A DNA stretch of 64,000 nucleotides, taken from contig CBDBCZ010000019.1 of NCBI GenBank assembly GCA_965203295.1, positions 1,120,001 to 1,184,000 of the forward strand, written 5' to 3'. Shown piece after piece: positions 19,562 to 30,551 of this stretch. The stretch comes from Nitrospirales bacterium (GTDB lineage: Bacteria > Nitrospirota > Nitrospiria > Nitrospirales > UBA8639). The first letter of the stretch is position 1; every line of letters begins with the position of its first letter. The notes under the pieces are model-generated. The model was not told where the DNA came from. It searched no databases and was given only the letters and a program-made list of their open reading frames with translations. The position numbers and the translations under genes are program-made.

Positions 19562-20875
19562 CTAAGGAATTTCTAACCGCTTAAGTCGAATTCGAGCATC
19601 CGCAGCCTCTGCAAAATCCTTTTTCAAACACAAGGCACTTCTGAAGGCATCGCTGGCCTTGTTGTGGTTTCCCTGTTCTTCACGGACGACTCCTAGGTGA
19701 TAGAGTACCTCAGGTATTTCTGGGTCTTGGGCTGAGGCTTGTTGAAGCATGGTTGCAGCTTCGGTGAGTTCCCCGCGAGCACGATGGACCCATCCCAACG
19801 TATCGAGAAAGGCAGTTGTGTGTGGGGAAAGTTCCACGGCTTTTTTGGCCCACCCAAGGGCTTCATCGAGGCGTGTTTGTTCTTGCGCAGATATCCATGC
19901 CAAATTGTTATAGGCAATGGATTGTTTGGGATCCAGATTAATGGCAGAATGAAATGCTTTCACGGCTTCGTCTAATCGATGGTTCCGCTCGTGAAGAAGT
20001 CGAACTTTTACGTAGACTGAACCAGAAGAGGGAATGATATTCAACGCCGATTGATAGTCTTCAAGCGCTAGCCTGTCATCTTCTTCAATGACATACACAT
20101 CTCCGCGGTACACGTAGGCCTGAAAAAAATGAGGTTTAGCTTCAAGCGCCTTTGAAAAGTTTTTGATGGCCTGTGGGTATTTTTTCTGTACAGCCATCAG
20201 GCGGCCTAGTGAATGAAAGGGGAGAGGATTTGAAGGGCTCAATCGACTGGCTTGCTCAAAAGCCATCTCAGCCTGTTCAAGTTCTCCGATCGTGACAAAG
20301 GCCGTTCCCAGACTATAGTAGAGTTCGCCCTGAGAAGGATCGAGTTGCACTGCGGTTTGGTAGATCGCGATGGCTTTGTGTGGTTGACCCAATGAGCGCA
20401 GGTACACATCTCCCAAATCCTGATAGAGACTGATGAGTTTGGGTTCTAACTCGATTCCCTTTCGAAAGACGAGTTCCGCTTCAAGGAGTTGTCCACGTGT
20501 GATCAAATACCGTCCCCAGATTTGCTGAAGGGCGGCGTTTTGTGGCGCGACTGCGAGAGCCTGCTTCAGCCGGTTTTCGACTTGGGAGGCATCCCGTCGT
20601 TTCATGGCAATTTCGGCTAATCCGATTAAAGCTCCTACATGATGAGGGAAATCCACCAAGACTTTTTCGAAGACTTTTTCGGCCTCCCATAAGTCTTCAT
20701 TGGCAAGAGCCTCCATGCCTTGTCGATACTCGGCATTCCCAGGAAGTTGTCTGTGTTGGTCGTGAGGTGTTCGGATGGTTGAGGCCTCAGGAACGGAAGG
20801 AACTAGTATGCCAAGGAATAATCCAAGGACAGAGCACAAAGCGGTTTGATTTCTCAATGACAAGGGAGAACCCAC
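19562..20875 (-). CDS. Secreted tetratricopeptide-repeat protein
   Basis: Multiple TPRs; AYNNLAW and LDTLGWV motifs. Confidence 0.85.
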   Translation of the reverse strand: MGSPLSLRNQTALCSVLGLFLGILVPSVPEASTIRTPHDQHRQLPGNAEYRQGMEALANEDLWEAEKVFEKVLVDFPHHVGALIGLAEIAMKRRDASQVENRLKQALAVAPQNAALQQIWGRYLITRGQLLEAELVFRKGIELEPKLISLYQDLGDVYLRSLGQPHKAIAIYQTAVQLDPSQGELYYSLGTAFVTIGELEQAEMAFEQASRLSPSNPLPFHSLGRLMAVQKKYPQAIKNFSKALEAKPHFFQAYVYRGDVYVIEEDDRLALEDYQSALNIIPSSGSVYVKVRLLHERNHRLDEAVKAFHSAINLDPKQSIAYNNLAWISAQEQTRLDEALGWAKKAVELSPHTTAFLDTLGWVHRARGELTEAATMLQQASAQDPEIPEVLYHLGVVREEQGNHNKASDAFRSALCLKKDFAEAADARIRLKRLEIP

Positions 20876-20995
20876 GTAAGAAAGTCTTCTTGTAAAAGTG
20901 TACGAGAAGATTCCCTTTTCTTCAATGCTTGAAACAAAGCTTGGATTAAAACCTATTGCATACCAAGAGGAAATCTTCCATCCTTTGAGGGTGTC

Positions 20996-21612
20996 ATGAT
21001 TTACTTTAAGATCAGACCTGACAAATTCTTTTTGGCCATCGTGGATGAGGCCCTTCGGTATGGGTTATCCGAGGCTCATTTCATGAGTCAGGAGGAGGAC
21101 GTGGAGACATGGGAAGGGGTTTTCCCGTCGAGCGCGTGTCGTTTCTCACCAAGTACGGCAGTCGTGGCGTTGAAGCAACTGATTATGGCTGTCAATGATT
21201 CTCGGGTGTTCCTGATTCCGGATTCTCATTGGTTGCTTCTGTACGAATGTTTAAAAGCCTTTTGTAGCGATCATGATGATCTTCTAGAAAATGATCCTGA
21301 ACAGAGAATCTTGGTAGGTTCCTTTCGAATGGGAATCCTGAATTGTGAAGCCATGGTTAGTTTGTATTATTGGGATACGGATTTTTTAATATAGATCCGA
21401 GGGCAGAGAACGGATTAAGTCAAGACGCCTGCGAATGTTTAGAGGGGAGTTGGAATGAATACGAAGAGAAAGAAAATGTCTCTTTCGATCTTTCGAAATT
21501 TCAAGTAGTGCAGGAAGTGGCTTGGCGTGAAGGAGAACCTGAGGGATATTTCGATTACGGATCTGGCAGGTATCCCTGGCTTGATGATGGGCACGATGGA
21601 GAGATCTTGTAG
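20996..21612 (+). pseudogene. Hypothetical acidic protein, probable frameshift at ~21388
   Basis: ORF ends YYWDTDFLI*; an overlapping ORF continues after the T6/A run. Confidence 0.55.
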
Positions 21613-21647
21613 CCATGCCCTCGATATCATGTTGCCATCAGGGAAGC

Positions 21648-21681
21648 TTGACATACGATTTGCATGAAAACTATTTTAGTT
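21648..21681 (+). promoter_or_regulatory. Sigma70-type promoter and candidate MarR operator
   Basis: TTGACA (21648) N18 TATTTT; inverted repeat AACTA-TTT-TAGTT (21669-21681) overlaps the -10. Confidence 0.5.
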
Positions 21682-21717
21682 AGAACAAAGCTGATTAAAT
21701 GATCGTCCATTCTTCAC

Positions 21718-22209
21718 GTGCCTACGACTAAACCCCTCACTGGTTTCTCGAAAGACCCCTACTTAAAACTCGTCCGACCACTGGTTGAGGCCTTCCTGGC
21801 CTTTATACGCGTAGGAAATCGTCATATTGAGTCCATGGGATTGACTTCTGCTCAATTCGATGTGATCGTGGAATTGGGGGAGACGGACGGATTAACCTGC
21901 GCTGAATTATCCAATAGTACATTGATCACCAAAGGGACCTTAACGGGTGTTTTGGACCGATTGGTGCGGAAGGAGTTGGTCCGACGAGATGACGTGGAAG
22001 GAGACAGACGGGCTATTAAGGTCCGGTTGACGAAAAAAGGTGAAGCCCTGTTTCGAAAGGTGTTCCCTGCTCATGCAGATTTTCTCAGGCCAATTTTCAA
22101 ACGGGTTTTTTCTCCGAATGAGGTCGAAAAGCTACGGACTGAATTATTCAAACTTCGGGAAGCATTTGAAACAGAATCGGAAGACATTGTGAAAAAGGGA
22201 GGGCAGTAA
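21718..22209 (+). CDS. MarR family transcriptional regulator
   Basis: GLTSAQFDV, TKGTLTGVLDRL, DRRAIKVRLTKKG. Confidence 0.92.
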   Translation: MPTTKPLTGFSKDPYLKLVRPLVEAFLAFIRVGNRHIESMGLTSAQFDVIVELGETDGLTCAELSNSTLITKGTLTGVLDRLVRKELVRRDDVEGDRRAIKVRLTKKGEALFRKVFPAHADFLRPIFKRVFSPNEVEKLRTELFKLREAFETESEDIVKKGGQ

Positions 22210-22532
22210 TGGACAAATCTGCGGAAACCCAGTACCCCATTCATAACATTCTTCGCCAATGATGGAGTCCACGGGCTTTTGCAGAGCATCTGGTAGAACC
22301 AGAGCAATTGATGTGTTTATTAGAGGCCGCCCGGTGGGCCCCATCATGTTTCAATGAACAGCCGTGGAGTTTTATCCTAGCTACGAAAAATGATGAAGCA
22401 GAGTATGCGAAGCTACTCAGTTGCCTTGTTGAGAGGAATCAAGCATGGGCCTGTCAGGCGCCGGTGTTGTCGGTGACGGTGGCAAAGGGGGCATTTGATC
22501 ATAGTGGCCACGCAGAGCTATTCAAGGCATGA
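22209..22532 (+). pseudogene. Nitroreductase, nonsense codon and 3' truncation
   Basis: MDKSAETQYPIHNILRQ*WSPRAF with TGA at 22260-22262; EAARWAPSCFNEQPW; ends at about half the family length. Confidence 0.9.
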
Positions 22533-22592
22533 GTGAGAGAGAAAAGATGGGAGATGATGAATGAAGGGTCGACTTTCTTAATGGGTTGAGTC

Positions 22593-23675
22593 ATGGATCA
22601 AGTAATCCTCATGCTTGGCACCCATAAGGGTGCTTTCTTTCTGAGAAGCTCTGGCAAGCGAGAGGTGTGGACACTCGATGGCCCCTATCTACAAGGGTAT
22701 CCAGTTGAATACCTCACGGCAGATACACGCCAAGGGGTGACTTTCTACGCCTCAGTCACGAATCCGTTTTACGGACCAGCACTTCACATGAGTCAGGACC
22801 TCGGTTACACCTGGCATCCCATGCCTTCGTCCCCTCGGTTTGAAAAAGAGCGGGAGAAGACCGTTGAACGAATTTGGGTCGTTGAACCAGGCCTCAAAGA
22901 CACACCAGAGATCCTCTATGCTGGAGTGGACCCTGGGGCGTTGTTTTTCAGCTAAGATGGAGGGAGCCACTGGCAAGAAGTTCAGGCGCTGACTGACCAT
23001 CCCACGCGTGCAAGCTGGTTCCCTGGAAATGGGGGAATGTGTCTTCACACAATTCAATTAGACCCCTCTGATCCCGAACAGATGTGGGTAGCGGTTTCAG
23101 CTGCGGGGGTGTTCTTCACCGAAAACAATGGTCGCACATGGGTTCCACGAAACCAAGGCATACGAGCTGAGTTTCTGCCTGATCACTACCCTGAGGTGGG
23201 GCAATGTGTTCATAAGCTGGTCGCCCATCCGACAAATCCTCACATCATGTATCTACAAAACCATGTAGGAGTCTACCGCACTAGCGATGGAGGGAAACAA
23301 TGGCACACGATTGAGACAGGACTTCCTGCGGTGTTTGGGTTTCCCATTCTTGTACATCCCCAAGAGCCCGACACGGTTTTTGTGGTTCCCCTCGTGAGTG
23401 CAGAAGAACGCTATATGCCAGAAGGGAAACCTGCTGTCTATCGTTCCAGAGATAGCGGCCAGACCTGGGAGCGGTTACGAACCAGATTGCCGACATCCAA
23501 TGCATGGCTCAATGTATTTCGGCAGGCTTTTGTCGCGGATACCCTCGACCCATCCGGACTCTATTTTGGCACGAGTACGGGACAACTGTTTGCCAGCGTT
23601 GATGTTGGAGAATCCTGGACATTACTAGCCGATTTTCTCCCTCCTATTCTGAGTGTTCGTGTTACGGTCAACTGA
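22593..23675 (+). pseudogene. BNR/Asp-box beta-propeller (sialidase-like) protein, one in-frame TAA
   Basis: Repeated S-D-G-TW Asp boxes; TAA at 22953-22955 inside S*DGGSHW; same frame throughout. Confidence 0.88.
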
Positions 23676-23704
23676 TTCATGAGTATTCAAGAAACGAAAA
23701 TTCA

Positions 23705-24094
23705 GTGAACATCAAACTAAAGCGTATATACGAACCTCTGGGTCAAGATGATGGATGTCGTATCCTCATTGATCGTTTGTGGCCGCGTGGTCTGAAAAAA
23801 CAACCGTCAACGACCGCTCTCTGGTTGAAAGAGATTGCGCCAAGCCAAGAGTTACGAAGATGGTTTGGGCATGATCCTCAAAAATGGACAGAATTTAAAA
23901 GGCATTATTTCCGTGAACTCGATGGGAATCCCGAGGGGGTAAGTCAGTTAATCAGGCAGATCGACAACGGCTCGGTGACATTGCTTTTTGCTGCTAAGGA
24001 TGAGACCCATAGCAACGCGGCTGCATTGAAAGAGTACTTGATGCACAAACAGGAGTATAACGTGCAGGATAGTAGTTCGAGGAAGGGTAACTGA
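23705..24094 (+). CDS. DUF488 (YeaO-like) protein
   Basis: [36 protein letters not shown]. Confidence 0.92.
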   Translation: MNIKLKRIYEPLGQDDGCRILIDRLWPRGLKKQPSTTALWLKEIAPSQELRRWFGHDPQKWTEFKRHYFRELDGNPEGVSQLIRQIDNGSVTLLFAAKDETHSNAAALKEYLMHKQEYNVQDSSSRKGN

Positions 24095-24196
24095 AACCAT
24101 TTACTATTTACTAGGCAGGAGGATTCAATTGAAAACCAACAATTGTCAATGGACAAGATCAATTGACCTTTCCTCCTCAGTCGATTTCAATGGCTG

Positions 24197-25110
24197 TCAC
24201 ACCTCGATCACGACATTGGTCTTCGGCTTGGAAACGCAAATCAGCACACAGCCCGGGTTCGGCATGTCAAGAGGCTCTGTGACATATTCCACCTCCCCCT
24301 CGATTAACTTGGAACTGCAAGTATGGCAGATCCCCGTTCGGCAGCTGAAGGCGGGGCGGAGGCCTTGCGCCTCGGCAAGATCAAGGATGCTCTCCAACGA
24401 TGGATCCCACCTTCAACAACGAAGGCACGGAATCCTTCCCAGCCGTGCGGTCCCCTGACGGGTTCCGCCTTCTTAAGCATCTTCTCCAAATACATCCGCC
24501 ATGGCTCACTAAGAAACCGGGATGCCAGTACGCGCTTGAGGCTCGCTGGCTCATGGGATTCATAGAGGTAGACCCGGATAAATTCGGCGATGGTGGCGGC
24601 GCCGTCATCGCTTTCCACGAGCTCTATCGAGTCACCAGCGCCAACGTCGCCCTCTTCCAGCACACGACAATAGAAACCCATGCGACCAGCCTCTTGGAAA
24701 CGAGCCGGGAAGTCAGGCCCTTCCTCCATTCGCATCGTGAGTTTGTAGCAGGGGATGCGCGGCTGGGTGACCTGCAGCAGCGTCCCGCCCACGCGGAAGG
24801 TATCCCCAACCCGAACGGTGTCCTCGCTCAGGCCTTCTACGGTGAAGTTTTCACCGAACTGGCCATAGGGAAAGCCGTCGCGACCCAGCTCCCTCGCCCA
24901 GAAGGTATAGTGCTCGACAGGATAGCAGTAGATCGCCATATCGAAACCCACCCCATGGACGCGTCGATCGGCTTGGTCGTCGCCGTCAATATTAAGTCGT
25001 CGCACCATGACCCTCCCCCGCACCGGTTCCTTGAAAATCCCTGTCGTAATGGTCCTACCTAGGTAAGGGACGTCCTTGGGCAATGACACATTTACGGATA
25101 TGAGTTTCAT
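24197..25110 (-). pseudogene. MOSC / FAD-reductase / 2Fe-2S ferredoxin fusion with internal deletion
   Basis: MOSC (FGENFTV, QPRIPCYKL) to WEGFRAFVV, joined out of frame to WDPSLESILDLAE...CRTGICHTC...ICVSKP. Confidence 0.85.
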
Positions 25111-25353
25111 AGTATGAATCCTCCTTCGAATGAGGCCGGATCTGAGGTTTTCGGCTTGGAACAAAAAGGTCCTTCAGGTTCAAAATATCCTGAAGAGCCC
25201 TTGCCTATATTTATCTACCCATCCACGTGGGTTGGCTTACGGCACGACTTGTTTCCCATCGAGTGAACCTGGTTTATTGTTAGCATCTTGCCACTATTTT
25301 TGCTCCTTTCGAGTCTCAAAGGTCAAGTATTATTGCTCAAGCTCAAATAAAAT

Positions 25354-25677
25354 ATGAAGTCCCTGAGTCATGTGGTGTCGATTATCGCTAGTGTCACTGG
25401 AGATGTCACTTCCATCACCGCCTTATCGGCGGCTTTGTCGACCATGCTGCTAGAAGCCCAATATTCGCGGGCCTTTGAAGTGGAGGCTGATCAGTTTGCC
25501 TTGCAGTACTTGCAGGATCATTACATTCCCCTCAAGCATTTCGCCGACAGCTTGGTCCGGATGGAGAATGCGTCGAGAGCCTACGTCCCAATGCCCAACT
25601 ATCTCGCGACTCACCCCGCAACGCATCAACGGGTGAAATTGTTTCAAGACCAAGTCCCTACGAATTCGGGAGAATGA
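25354..25677 (+). pseudogene. M48 metallopeptidase C-terminal fragment
   Basis: YSRAFEVEADQF and YLATHP..QRV are present; no HExxH upstream. Confidence 0.75.
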
Positions 25678-26044
25678 AGAGTCCTAATGTTCTGCGTTTG
25701 CCTATCTCAATCCTTGTACCCCTGAATTGGTTTTACCCAGCCAGTCGAATAGGATTGACCAATTTGATGCGTAACCTGCTTTCTTGATGCCTCAAAAACA
25801 TTGGGCGAATCCTAGTCCTTGTCTGCCATTTTATTTTTCTATAAAGTATTGTCTCCCTTATAAGTAGGGGAGTTGAAAATCAAAAAGGGTCGACTCGATA
25901 AGGCATTCGTCAAACGTTCTTCCACAGAAAGTCTTCTTCTTTTTATCCAACCTTTGAAGAGCCAAAGAATAGTGGGTTGGAAGTGTGTAACCTGTGGAAC
26001 GAGGGTTTTTTCCATTAATTGCCCCGTCTGAGGAGAGATGAGCA

Positions 26045-27124
26045 ATGGATCTCGACTATCAACATACGATTGAAGGTATGCTTGCCCTTGAGGATGGGTC
26101 TGAGTTTGGGGGAACCGTGTTTGGTTATCCCAAAACGATATCGGGAGAGGTGGTCTTTAACACGGGGATGGTTGGGTATCCTGAGTCGTTAACTGATCCA
26201 TCGTATTCTGGACAAATTTTAATTCTCACATATCCACTAATAGGGAATTACGGAGTGCCCCAAAGTTCATCACTTGTAGGATTAGATTCTGTTTTCGAAT
26301 CTTGGACGATTCAGATTAAAGGCCTGGTGGTTTCTGATTATTCCCAGCACTTTCATCACTGGGATGCAGAAAAGAGTTTGGGGGCTTGGCTTCATGAATA
26401 TGGAATCCCTGGTCTATCCGGTGTGGATACACGAAAATTGACCAAGCGCTTAAGAGAGCGTGGCAGTATGTTAGGGAAAGTGCTTATGCCTGGAGAGGAT
26501 ATCGAATATTATGATCCGAACCAAGAGAATTTGGTCGGCCAGGTGAGTTCAAAAATTCCTGAGACATATGGTGAAGGGGATAAGCAGGTTGTGTTGATTG
26601 ATTGTGGTGCCAAAAACAATATTGCCAGGAGTTTGGTTCACCGTGGGGTCGCAGTGAGAATCGTTCCCTGGAATTACGATTTTTTACATGAAGATTTCGA
26701 CGGAGTGATTATTTCTAATGGTCCAGGGGATCCCAAGATGTGCCAAGAAACGATTGCCAACATTCGGAAATTGATAAATGGAAACCGGCCAGTGTTGGGA
26801 ATCTGTCTTGGAAATCAGCTTCTTGCTCTAGCAGCAGGAGCTGATACCTATAAACTCAAATTCGGCCATCATAGTCAAAACCAACCCTGCATTGAAGTTG
26901 GCACTCAGCGATGCTTTATCACCTCGCAGAATCATGGGTATGCGGTGAAAGACGATACCCTTCCCATTGATTGGGAGCCCTGGTATGTCAATGCCAATGA
27001 TGGGACGAATGAAGGTATTCGCCACAAATTTCGGCCTTTCATGAGTGTGCAGTTTCACCCTGAGGCCACTCCTGGGCCTTTGGATACGGAACCATTGTTT
27101 GACCGCTTCGTACAATTGCTCTAA
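26045..27124 (+). CDS. carA: Carbamoyl-phosphate synthase small subunit
   Basis: GEVVFNTGMVGYPESLTDPSY, SNGPGDP, GICLG, QFHPE. Confidence 0.97.
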   Translation: MDLDYQHTIEGMLALEDGSEFGGTVFGYPKTISGEVVFNTGMVGYPESLTDPSYSGQILILTYPLIGNYGVPQSSSLVGLDSVFESWTIQIKGLVVSDYSQHFHHWDAEKSLGAWLHEYGIPGLSGVDTRKLTKRLRERGSMLGKVLMPGEDIEYYDPNQENLVGQVSSKIPETYGEGDKQVVLIDCGAKNNIARSLVHRGVAVRIVPWNYDFLHEDFDGVIISNGPGDPKMCQETIANIRKLINGNRPVLGICLGNQLLALAAGADTYKLKFGHHSQNQPCIEVGTQRCFITSQNHGYAVKDDTLPIDWEPWYVNANDGTNEGIRHKFRPFMSVQFHPEATPGPLDTEPLFDRFVQLL

Positions 27125-27184
27125 TGCGTTTTTTGACCTGACTGAGTTGTTCAGGAAAGTTACCTTACAAGGTTTCGGTTCTTC

Positions 27185-30100
27185 ATGTTGAACGTGCAAA
27201 AACATAAAAAAGTTCTCATCCTTGGTAGCGGAGCACTGAAAATCGGTGAAGCCGGGGAGTTTGATTATTCTGGAAGTCAAGCGATCAAGGCCTTAAAAGA
27301 CGAAAACATTCATACCATTCTCGTCAATCCCAATATCGCCACGATTCAGACTTCCGAACATTTCGCGGATCAGGTGTACTTTTTACCGGTTACGCCCAGT
27401 TTTGTTGAGGGCGTGATTCAAAAGGAAAAACCGGATGGGATCATTCTGGGTTTCGGAGGCCAAATGGCTCTGAACTGCGGATTGGAACTTGCGGAACAGG
27501 GAGTCCTCTCCAAGTATGACGTCGAGGTCCTCGGAACGCCCATTCAGGCTGTTCGAGAGACCGAAGATCGTGAACTGTTTGCGAAAAAACTGACGGGAGT
27601 TGGCATCAAGGTTCCTCGTAGTTCAGCTGCCCATTCCCTCGATGAGGCCATTCAGGTTTCTCGGGACATCGGTTTCCCAGTCATGCTTCGAATCGCCTAT
27701 GCACTTGGAGGTCTAGGGTCAGGCATTTGCGAGACAGAAGAAGAGTTACGCGAACGGGCTTCCAAAGCTTTTCGATACACGAGTCAAATTCTGATCGAAG
27801 AATACCTGACAGGCTGGAAAGAAATTGAATACGAGGTTGTCCGTGACCGGTATGACAACTGCGTCACGGTCTGCAATATGGAAAATTTTGACTCCATGGG
27901 GATTCATACTGGGGAAAGTATTGTTGTCGCACCAAGCCAAACCCTGAGTGATAAGGAATACCATCTCCTTCGCTGGGTCTCTATACAAGCTGCACGTCAT
28001 TTAGGCATTGTCGGGGAATGTAATGTGCAATTTGCTCTGAACCCGAATACCGGAGAGTATCGGGTCATTGAAATGAACGCCCGATTATCAAGGAGTTCAG
28101 CCTTGGCTTCCAAAGCCACCGGTTACCCGCTGGCCTACATTGGAGCGAAGCTCGCTCTAGGGCACAACCTAGCCAGGCTTCCTAATTCGATGACAGGTGT
28201 CACGAATGCCTGCTTTGAACCTGCCTTAGATTACCTGGTTGTGAAAATGCCTCGCTGGGACTTGAAGAAATTCCGCATGGTCTCCAAGCGCATAGGCTCT
28301 GGCATGAAATCAGTCGGAGAAGTCATGGCAATCGGTCGGACATTTGAAGAGGCTCTTCAGAAAGCACTTCGCATGTTGGATATCGGGGTGTCGGGTCTGA
28401 TTGATACCAAAAGAGCGTCTGGATTTTCAGATGTCGAAACGGAACTTCAGGAGCCGACTCCAGAACGAATTTTTGCCATTCCAGTGGCGCTTCAGCGTGG
28501 CCTGACGATTGATCGGGTCTACGAACTGTCCCATATCGACAAATGGTTCCTCCATAAAATTCAAGGCATTGTCGAGATGGCCGGAAAAATTGAGGCGAAT
28601 GAGAGGCTCTTGGATGATGAAAGAATGTTGCGTCATGCCAAGCAATCCGGGTTTAGCGATCGACAAATTGGGCAGGCGATTTCCAGAGAGGAAGGTCAGG
28701 TGCGAGCGGCGAGGGAACGCCACGGCATTCATCCGTCTGCCAAGCAAATCGACACGCTCGCGGCGGAGTATCCTGCACAGTCGAATTATCTGTATTTAAC
28801 GTACAACGGGGATGAAGATGACCCTGAGATGGGTACACCGAATACGGTCATCGTTTTAGGTTCAGGAGCGTATCGAATAGGGAGTTCCGTTGAATTTGAC
28901 TGGTGCTGCGTCAACACTGTCCAAGCCCTGCGAAAACTCAATTATCGAACGATTATGATCAATTACAATCCGGAAACGGTGAGCACGGATTACAACGAAT
29001 GTGATGCGCTGTATTTCGAGGAACTCAGTTTAGAATCGGTGTACGAGATTTATCGAAAAGAACGCCCATTGGGTGTCGTGATCTCGATGGGAGGTCAGAC
29101 TCCGAATAACTTGGCTCTTTCCTTGCATCAGAACGGGATTCAGGTCCTCGGTACTCCACCGAGTTCTATTGATAACGCTGAAGATAGACATAAGTTCTCA
29201 AAACTTCTTGATTCTCTTTCTATTCATCAGCCGGAATGGGGAGAGTTAGTCGGAATTCATGAAGCCAAAGCTTTTGCGGAGAAAGTGGGCTATCCGGTGT
29301 TGATTCGCCCCTCGTATGTGTTGAGTGGAGCAACGATGGGAGTCGCTTCATCCGATGTTGAGTTGGAGAAATTTGTCGAGCGGGCAGCTCGTGTGTCTAT
29401 TGATTATCCTGTGGTGATCAGCAAATTCGTGGAAAATGCCAAAGAGCTTGAGATGGATGGTGTCGCCTGTCATGGGAAACTCATTCTTTCCGCTATATCT
29501 GAACATGTGGAAAATGCGGGTGTGCATTCCGGGGATGCGACCTTGGTCTATCCAGCTCAGCGTACGTATTTGGAGACCATTCGCCGAATAAAAAAGATTA
29601 GTGAAAAAATCGTCAAAGCCCTGGATATTAATGGGCCGGTGAATATTCAATTCATTGCCAAAGATAACGAGGTACAGGTTATCGAATGTAATTTGCGAGC
29701 CTCTCGAAGCTTTCCGTTTATTTCAAAAGTGTCTCGAGTCAACTTTATTGAAACCGCGACTCGAGTGATCATGGGAGAGCCAACGCAAATCATCAATAAT
29801 CCGGTAAGAGAAGTGGATTATGTTGGTGTGAAGGCACCACAATTCTCTTTCACGCGATTAGAGGGAGCAGATCCGGCGCTCGGTGTTGAAATGGCGTCTA
29901 CTGGAGAGGTTGCCTGTTTAGGCGATGATTTCGATGAGGCATTTCTGAAGGCGTTGCTGTCGGTGGGATATCATATGCCCATTCGGAGTGTGCTGTTGTC
30001 GACAGGGCCAGTGAAATCGAAGGCCTCGTTTGTGAGGGATGCGCAGTTGCTCGCCTTTATGGGCATCCATATCTATGCAACAAAAGGGACCGCTGAATTT

Positions 30101-30388
30101 TTAGCCAACCATGACATTCCAGTGACTTCGTTGTATTGGCCATTGGATCAAAAATCTCCAAATGCCCTAGAATATTTGGCCCAAGGGAAAATCGATTTGG
30201 TGATTAATATTCCCAAGAATTTTCAGGAGCAGGAGCTCACCAATGATTATTTGATTCGCCGGAAGGCTGTCGATCTGGTGATTCCATTAATCACCAATAT
30301 TCAATTAGCTCAACGGTTTGTTGAAGCCCTTTCCAAAAAAACTCTTCAAGACCTTCATATCAAGTCCTGGTCTGAATATCAGACCTAG
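27185..30388 (+). CDS. carB: Carbamoyl-phosphate synthase large subunit
   Basis: Two ATP-grasp halves (GEFDYSGSQA; NYNPETVSTDY); C-terminal MGS domain. Confidence 0.97.
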   Translation: MLNVQKHKKVLILGSGALKIGEAGEFDYSGSQAIKALKDENIHTILVNPNIATIQTSEHFADQVYFLPVTPSFVEGVIQKEKPDGIILGFGGQMALNCGLELAEQGVLSKYDVEVLGTPIQAVRETEDRELFAKKLTGVGIKVPRSSAAHSLDEAIQVSRDIGFPVMLRIAYALGGLGSGICETEEELRERASKAFRYTSQILIEEYLTGWKEIEYEVVRDRYDNCVTVCNMENFDSMGIHTGESIVVAPSQTLSDKEYHLLRWVSIQAARHLGIVGECNVQFALNPNTGEYRVIEMNARLSRSSALASKATGYPLAYIGAKLALGHNLARLPNSMTGVTNACFEPALDYLVVKMPRWDLKKFRMVSKRIGSGMKSVGEVMAIGRTFEEALQKALRMLDIGVSGLIDTKRASGFSDVETELQEPTPERIFAIPVALQRGLTIDRVYELSHIDKWFLHKIQGIVEMAGKIEANERLLDDERMLRHAKQSGFSDRQIGQAISREEGQVRAARERHGIHPSAKQIDTLAAEYPAQSNYLYLTYNGDEDDPEMGTPNTVIVLGSGAYRIGSSVEFDWCCVNTVQALRKLNYRTIMINYNPETVSTDYNECDALYFEELSLESVYEIYRKERPLGVVISMGGQTPNNLALSLHQNGIQVLGTPPSSIDNAEDRHKFSKLLDSLSIHQPEWGELVGIHEAKAFAEKVGYPVLIRPSYVLSGATMGVASSDVELEKFVERAARVSIDYPVVISKFVENAKELEMDGVACHGKLILSAISEHVENAGVHSGDATLVYPAQRTYLETIRRIKKISEKIVKALDINGPVNIQFIAKDNEVQVIECNLRASRSFPFISKVSRVNFIETATRVIMGEPTQIINNPVREVDYVGVKAPQFSFTRLEGADPALGVEMASTGEVACLGDDFDEAFLKALLSVGYHMPIRSVLLSTGPVKSKASFVRDAQLLAFMGIHIYATKGTAEFLANHDIPVTSLYWPLDQKSPNALEYLAQGKIDLVINIPKNFQEQELTNDYLIRRKAVDLVIPLITNIQLAQRFVEALSKKTLQDLHIKSWSEYQT

Positions 30389-30551
30389 GAATTTCGTCTT
30401 TGCGTGCGAGAGCTCAATCTTCCCAAGAGGAAGATCCCATCAAATAGTGATAATGGAAAAAACTATTGATGAGATGCTTCTAGTGAAGGAGGACGTGAGG
30501 ACTGGCCTAAAATGATCCTGGGAAAAGGAGTGGTGTCAACAAAGTGAGAAA

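Noticed and set aside
22260..22262. Selenocysteine TGA in the nitroreductase
   Set aside because: The position corresponds to the Arg of the R-W-S-P-R motif (CGA>TGA), and the gene is also truncated.
24400..25062. Long antisense ORFs (this 220-aa one; also 31231-31797, 42493-43137)
   Set aside because: They lie opposite well-supported genes and have no recognisable motifs; shadow ORFs.
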